NCBI GenBank assembly: GCA_048882325.1
Contig: JBHLRS010000058.1
Span: 1 to 16,714 of the forward strand
DNA from: Candidatus Thorarchaeota archaeon
GTDB taxonomy: Archaea > Asgardarchaeota > Thorarchaeia > Thorarchaeales > Thorarchaeaceae
Reading direction: 5' to 3'
DNA length: 16,714 nt
This document shows positions 12,192-16,714 of this stretch, piece after piece. Under the pieces are notes generated by a model that searched no databases, was not told where the DNA came from, and saw only the letters and a program-made list of their open reading frames with translations. The position numbers were made by a program, and so were the translations under genes. The stretch's first letter is position 1. The number at the start of each line of letters is the position of its first letter.

Positions 12192-12728
12192 ATGATGAAC
12201 AAGGTGCTGATAGTCTACGGAACACGATATGGTTCAACTGCTGAAGTAGTCCAAGAAATGAGTAAAACAGCGAGGGAGCTTGGCGCTCACGTAGATGCTG
12301 TCAATCTAGAGAATGGAACGCTCTTTCCCGAACCTGAAGAATATGATCTAGTTATCATAGGGAGTGGTATCCGAACAGGACAATGGAAGAAAGAGCCACT
12401 GGACTTCATTGAGCAGAAATTGGACTCTCTCTCCAAGACCAAAGTTGCTCTTTTTGTCGTGAGTGGATACGCAGGCAATCCAGACAAGGTCGCAGAGGCA
12501 CAGGCAGATTACCTTGACAGCATGCCTGAGAAATATCCCGGCCTGTCACCAATTTCAACCGCATTAATCGGAGGGGTGTTCGAGTTCAAAAAGTACAATC
12601 TTGTCATTCGAGCCCTTGTAAAGGACATAGTGAAAGACCAGATACCTGAAGGCGAAGAGGTACCTGAGAAGCTTGACTTTCGTGATTGGGATATGATTCG
12701 TGATTGGATCAAAGGACTTGTCCAGTGA
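12192..12728 (+). CDS. Flavodoxin-domain protein (HemG/Flavodoxin_5-like), 178 aa
   Basis: FMN loop VLIVYGTRYGSTAEV, YDLVIIGSGI, VALF, GG.F and C-terminal DFRDWD.I..W. Confidence 0.9.
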   Translation: MMNKVLIVYGTRYGSTAEVVQEMSKTARELGAHVDAVNLENGTLFPEPEEYDLVIIGSGIRTGQWKKEPLDFIEQKLDSLSKTKVALFVVSGYAGNPDKVAEAQADYLDSMPEKYPGLSPISTALIGGVFEFKKYNLVIRALVKDIVKDQIPEGEEVPEKLDFRDWDMIRDWIKGLVQ

Positions 12729-12737
12729 GTGATGTCG

Positions 12738-13118
12738 ATGAAGATTCTAAAAGTGACTAAGAACCACAAGAGTGAGTCCCAAGTTCCATTGGTAGCTACG
12801 AAAGGTGAGGTTGTCGAAGGACTAGAGAGAGAAACCGAGTGGGAGGGCTGGCTTTGGTGTCGAAATGGCTCTGGAATTCATGGCTGGGTACCAAGGAACT
12901 ATCTTGATTCTGCACCGGAATCTGGTCGCTTTCAGTTTGTTCAGGACTACAACTCTCGAGAACTCACGATTGATGCTGGTCAAGAGGTGATAGTTCTTGA
13001 TGAGGAAAGTGGATGGGCCTGGGTCAGAACCACTTTAGGTGAGGAAGGGTGGATTCCTCAAGAAAATCTGGAAGGATTGAAGGACAAGCCAGACTCAATC
13101 CCGGATCTCATGGGATAA
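12738..13118 (+). CDS. Tandem variant-SH3-domain protein
   Basis: Two SH3 signatures: KGEVV...GWLWC...G..GWVPRNYL and DY...ELTIDAGQEV.VL.EESGWAWV...GEEGWIP.ENL. Start could be 12729, 12732 or 12738. Confidence 0.85.
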   Translation: MKILKVTKNHKSESQVPLVATKGEVVEGLERETEWEGWLWCRNGSGIHGWVPRNYLDSAPESGRFQFVQDYNSRELTIDAGQEVIVLDEESGWAWVRTTLGEEGWIPQENLEGLKDKPDSIPDLMG

Positions 13119-13145
13119 ATTTCTAGTAAAACTATCCGCGAATCT
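13115..13145 (+). repeat. Direct repeat copy 2, overlapping the SH3 gene stop codon
   Basis: ATAAATTTCTAGTAAAACTATCCGCGAATCT, in the same register relative to the stop codon as copy 1. Confidence 0.9.
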
Positions 13146-13165
13146 GGAACAGACCCTTCTTAAAA

Positions 13166-13849
13166 TTATAGATTGGCAGAAAAACCGAGATACCTCTCAT
13201 TTTTCAAAACATCAAGCTGCATCGATCGACCACAGGTCTGACAATGTACTTCACGGTCACGAGTTATCTGATATTCCTCGTAGATATTCACTGTCCTGCA
13301 ATATGGACATCTAATTCCCTGTGGTGTCCAATCTTCGCTCACGACACGTACTGGACCAAATTCTCTATGGCAATGTTGACACTTAGAAGACTCGACAACC
13401 TCGCTAATCCCCTTATCGGATTGAAATCTCGCATAGCAGTGTGGACATCTAATGGTTTGAATCTGCTCGTCAACCTCTCTCCATTTCCAACCCTTATTCT
13501 CTGCCAGATCAATCAGATTGTGCCGCAGGTTACTTTGGTTGCCATCTAAGAGGTCATTGAACCAAACCCTCTCGCCTCCCCCAAAACCCATGATCTCTAT
13601 ATCACATCCTTTCGTTTCTTTCTCATAATTGAGAATCACAATCATCACTATAGAGCCTATTGCTCCCGGCGAAGATTGCACGAAGACACCAACTACGCGA
13701 TCAGTTGAACTCCAAACATTACTCCAAATGATAGACTCCAGCTTCTGGAGAATTGAAACTAAGGAATCGACCTCCGCTCCTTCAAATTTCAGCGTGAGCA
13801 AACAAGACACCATTCGGTCCTCGTTCATAGAGCAGATTAAACTATCCAA
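13166..13849 (-). CDS. Hypothetical protein with two C-terminal C4 zinc ribbons
   Basis: CPHC...CQHC and CPYC...CQTC pairs after an alpha/beta N-terminal domain. True start may be ATG 13828 or 13813. Confidence 0.82.
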   Translation of the reverse strand: MDSLICSMNEDRMVSCLLTLKFEGAEVDSLVSILQKLESIIWSNVWSSTDRVVGVFVQSSPGAIGSIVMIVILNYEKETKGCDIEIMGFGGGERVWFNDLLDGNQSNLRHNLIDLAENKGWKWREVDEQIQTIRCPHCYARFQSDKGISEVVESSKCQHCHREFGPVRVVSEDWTPQGIRCPYCRTVNIYEEYQITRDREVHCQTCGRSMQLDVLKNERYLGFSANL

Positions 13850-13988
13850 TTATTGTTGAAAACTACTATTTGTTTCCACTTCTGTCTATCCAGTTAAATT
13901 GAATCAATATTCTTTAACCAGCTTTTGTATTGTTCAGCGAATCTCGAAGAAAATTAATTGCTCCAGCCCTCTTAGTTATGGAATTCAT

Positions 13989-15161
13989 CTACGTATTTGC
14001 AATTCTCTGCATTAAATCACTAAGTCTTGGTTCAATCTTTTTTACAGAGTGCAATTCAATAACAAGGCGAATGAAATCCAAAGATGTTAGAAGGGAACTG
14101 CCTTTTTGATACCTCTTCATTTGTTCATCAATGATACATTTGAAGAACTCCAAAGGGAAATGCACCACCATCGATGATAACGCATAACTCTGTGCAATAT
14201 CATTAACGTATCTATCTCCGTCGGAAATCACCAATGGCAACACTAGAAAACTCGGATATTTCTCTAGTATTTGGTTCATAAAAGTTACAGACTGAGATAC
14301 TGCTTTCTTACTTGCATGGCTACGTTTTAGCTCACAGGCAAATGCCAAACCTCCAATCTGTTGAGATGCAGCTTGTCCTGTTGTAGGAATGATAACCATC
14401 AAATCATCCCCTGTTGAACCAAGTGGAGGTTCAGTGTTTTTCCTTGGACCATTCTTATATTGAGAATGAAAACCAAGAATCCTAAAAACCCTTGAAATAA
14501 ATTCAAGCATTGGTGCTTCAGCTTTGTCCGGTGAAGCTGTCTTGAAATCATTGTAGCATTTCATCAATTGTGAATGGGATAATGGATTTTGAGAGCTTGC
14601 GGATATAAACTCAGCTGACGTAAGATCCAGATATAGGGATAAATCTAGACCTTTTTCCGAGTACCACGAAGTTAGATTGTGGACCAGTGATGTGGCTGGC
14701 AATACTGATTGAAATTCCTTATCTCTACGATATATGAATCCAGCAAACTCATACCAATCAATCACTGTACCAGCTAACGATTTTGCATTTCGTTCTTCTT
14801 CTACGAATAATTGAATGCAGGAAACAATCACCTGATTATCAATTTGAGTCCCTTCAGTTCTAATACAGTTGGTCAGATGACCCAACCCATCTTTTTCATC
14901 CATCAAAAAATCTGAAATAATTCGTCCTTGATTTGTTTCATTACAAAACTCTCGACCTCGAGAAGTTATACTCACCTCACTATTTTCTGTATTGATTAGG
15001 TTCAGATTCTGTGCTGTACTAAGATGATTGGCAATGGCAGCCGAGTTTTTATAGCCTAATGATTTAGCAAGTTTTGTTTTTTCAACAGGACTCTTTGAAC
15101 ATAATTTTCGCATAAACTCTCGAAGTTTCTCTGTGTTTATTTTTGGAAATCTATCTTCCAT
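13989..15161 (-). CDS. Tandem winged-helix protein fused to a PD-(D/E)XK (Mrr-like) endonuclease domain, 390 aa
   Basis: N-terminal wHTH (LAKSLGY...IANHLSTAQNLNLI...ITSRG). C-terminal restriction-endonuclease pattern: EFISRVFRILGF helix, GDDL, ACELK, KKAVSQ, PLVIS, A..YA. SD AGGTGG. Confidence 0.72.
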   Translation of the reverse strand: MEDRFPKINTEKLREFMRKLCSKSPVEKTKLAKSLGYKNSAAIANHLSTAQNLNLINTENSEVSITSRGREFCNETNQGRIISDFLMDEKDGLGHLTNCIRTEGTQIDNQVIVSCIQLFVEEERNAKSLAGTVIDWYEFAGFIYRRDKEFQSVLPATSLVHNLTSWYSEKGLDLSLYLDLTSAEFISASSQNPLSHSQLMKCYNDFKTASPDKAEAPMLEFISRVFRILGFHSQYKNGPRKNTEPPLGSTGDDLMVIIPTTGQAASQQIGGLAFACELKRSHASKKAVSQSVTFMNQILEKYPSFLVLPLVISDGDRYVNDIAQSYALSSMVVHFPLEFFKCIIDEQMKRYQKGSSLLTSLDFIRLVIELHSVKKIEPRLSDLMQRIANT

Positions 15162-15193
15162 TTAACCACCTGCTTTGAATATTGATTTCGATG

Positions 15194-15748
15194 TCAGAGA
15201 TTGTTCAGTCTCTCATACTCTTTTCTTGCATTATCAGTCATTTTCACTGAATCTTCATCCCTTTCGAAAATTCCAACTCTCAGAAATAAATCAACCAATG
15301 TCTGAGCACCCATAGCTGCATTGGTTGTTTGCATTAATTTTCCTGCGTCAGCCACAATTCTTTCCAAGAATGAATTCTCATCAACCTGCTTACGATAATA
15401 CAAATAGTCAAGTAGCGGTTTCCCCTCACTCCAGTTCCATAGTTGGTCACTCATCTTTTCTACAAATTCATCCATTAAATCATAGTCAATTGCTCTAGAA
15501 ATCTTGCATCCAATGTCAGTGAGTTGATTCTTCTTCCCATTCTTTTTCAAGATGCCAATTTGATTTAGAAATGTATTTTGGTTTGAAACTAATTTTTTCT
15601 TGCTTTCCAATTTTGCCTCACTACTGGTACGGCTTGCAACTTCTTCATTTGTCAAAGGTCCAATGCAACCTCTTGCTCTGTTCCATGCTCCAATTACATC
15701 TAGAAACCCCTCTAGTGATACACCATATGGGATTGCCATTGAACTCAA
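15194..15748 (-). CDS. Tandem winged-helix DNA-binding-like hypothetical protein, 184 aa
   Basis: PLTNEEVASRT...VSNQNTFLNQIGIL...LTDIG and LVDLFLRVGIF. TTG start overlaps the upstream TGA stop, with a GGAGG SD; ATG 15739 is an alternative. Confidence 0.78.
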   Translation of the reverse strand: MSSMAIPYGVSLEGFLDVIGAWNRARGCIGPLTNEEVASRTSSEAKLESKKKLVSNQNTFLNQIGILKKNGKKNQLTDIGCKISRAIDYDLMDEFVEKMSDQLWNWSEGKPLLDYLYYRKQVDENSFLERIVADAGKLMQTTNAAMGAQTLVDLFLRVGIFERDEDSVKMTDNARKEYERLNNL

Positions 15749-16269
15749 TCCGACTCCTCCTCCAAGAAAGGTTGAATTAACCCTGATCTAGAAAACCACT
15801 CAAGAGCTGAAGATACACGACTCTCTTCTTTTGTCCCTGCTTCCTCCATAATGAACTCCACCAAACCCTGACTCATTCCACCACCATGAATTCTCAAATA
15901 GCGATTAACATTTCTAAAAAGGAGAGACTTTTCGAGAATTGAAGCAATTTGAGTAAAATTCTCATCTCCGGGATCACAGTTACTGAAATCAATAGCAGCT
16001 TCTGTTGGGCTATAATTTCCTCTACTTGTGTTTACCAACAATCCAAGCATAACCATAAACGAATTTACACCAGAAATTTGTGTTCTACCTAACCTTGTGA
16101 TACGCATTACATCCTTGTAGTGTACCGGGTTTTTTCCATTTTCACTTAGTACAACATAAGCTCGTATGATTCTAACTTGATCATCAAATGATACTCCCGA
16201 TGTCGGTACTAAGGGTCTTGAAATATCGTCTTCACTCATTGGTGTTCCTTCCATTAACCTTTCAATCAC
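15745..16269 (-). CDS. Tandem winged-helix DNA-binding-like hypothetical protein (about 164-174 aa)
   Basis: PVHYKDVMRITRLGRTQISGVNSFMVMLGLL...GNYSPT and ALEWFSRSGLI. Start could be GTG 16269, ATG 16254 or ATG 16239. Confidence 0.78.
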   Translation of the reverse strand: MIERLMEGTPMSEDDISRPLVPTSGVSFDDQVRIIRAYVVLSENGKNPVHYKDVMRITRLGRTQISGVNSFMVMLGLLVNTSRGNYSPTEAAIDFSNCDPGDENFTQIASILEKSLLFRNVNRYLRIHGGGMSQGLVEFIMEEAGTKEESRVSSALEWFSRSGLIQPFLEEESD

Positions 16270-16276
16270 GTTTTTC

Positions 16277-16306
16277 CTATTGACACACTATTGAGTAGTC
16301 AATAGT
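16277..16306. promoter_or_regulatory. Operator-like palindrome upstream of the wHTH operon
   Basis: Perfect ACTATTGA-GTAG-TCAATAGT (16287-16306) plus a third half-site CTATTGA at 16277, 11 bp before the half-site at 16288. Confidence 0.6.
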
Positions 16307-16467
16307 CCCCTTCGGTCTTTGCGCTAATGGATTCGAAGTTTGACTTACAAATCCATTGAGAATAAGCTACGAACACACAATTTAGGTTTGTCTCTTTAAG
16401 TTAACTTTTAGTGATAAGATTAAACAACTCAGAGAGGCTCTCTTCCCTCTTGGATAACTGACCTTGT

Positions 16468-16481
16468 CGAAACGATTAAAA
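16468..16481 (+). promoter_or_regulatory. Putative BRE/TATA promoter of tuf
   Basis: CGAAACGATTAAAA ending 75 nt upstream of the EF-1alpha start; similar to the element before rpl30e. Confidence 0.55.
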
Positions 16482-16556
16482 GCATCCCAAAAGGTGACAG
16501 CCAAGCAGGTTCCCACCTTAGGGGACCGACTAACATAGAATAAGGAGAATTATGCC

Positions 16557-16714
16557 TTGTCCAAGAAAGATAAGGAGCACCTGAACCTGGTGGTCATTGG
16601 TCACGTCGACCATGGTAAGTCCACCATGACAGGCCGGCTCCTATACGAAACAGGCGCTGTTGACGAGCGTACTTTCCAACAGCATAAGGCCGAAGCAGAG
16701 AAACTTGGGCGGCC
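16557..16714 (+). CDS. tuf: Elongation factor 1-alpha (aEF1A), 5' part only, truncated by the window; not in the ORF track
   Basis: TTG start gives (M)[37 protein letters not shown], containing the G1 motif [17 protein letters not shown] at 16542-16547. Confidence 0.97.
   Translation, partial: MSKKDKEHLNLVVIGHVDHGKSTMTGRLLYETGAVDERTFQQHKAEAEKLGR

Larger units (their letters stand above)
13850..16430. other. AT-rich, probably horizontally acquired islet
   Basis: Visibly lower GC than the RNAP genes (hand-counted sample lines: 15061-15120 is 18/60 G+C, 4561-4620 is 34/60). Opposite orientation to the flanking core genes. No integrase or transposase seen. Confidence 0.6.

Noticed and set aside
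12102-13145. Direct repeats read as a CRISPR array or integron attC sites
   Set aside because: Only two clear copies about 1 kb apart, no spacer periodicity or cas genes, and no attC-type ends or long palindrome.
13850-16430. Calling the AT-rich islet an IS element or provirus
   Set aside because: No transposase, integrase, terminal inverted repeats around the whole islet, or viral genes are visible.

Overview
Archaeal chromosomal window, most consistent with an Asgard (Thorarchaeia-like) or TACK lineage. That placement is inferred from the unsplit rpoB, the uS12/uS7 sequence style and the lack of EF-2 between rps7 and tuf. Bases 1-9760 carry an intron-containing tRNA-Lys(UUU) and the conserved cluster rpoB-rpoA1-rpoA2-rpl30e-nusA-rps12-rps7, with no rpoH in its usual place. 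EF-1alpha (tuf) starts at 16557 and runs off the window. Between rps7 and tuf lie about 6.8 kb of accessory genes: a DMT transporter, a small membrane protein, an M14/AstE-AspA-family hydrolase, a flavodoxin plus tandem-SH3 pair bracketed by a 23-31 bp direct repeat, a double zinc-ribbon protein, and an AT-rich minus-strand three-gene operon. The operon encodes three apparently paralogous tandem winged-helix proteins, the last fused to a PD-(D/E)XK/Mrr-like nuclease, with no methyltransferase and an operator-like palindrome upstream; it is the best candidate for an undescribed defence system. The other standout is a histone-H1-like KKxxx-repeat N-terminal tail on RNA polymerase subunit A''. 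All family calls come from motif recognition by eye; no database searches were run.
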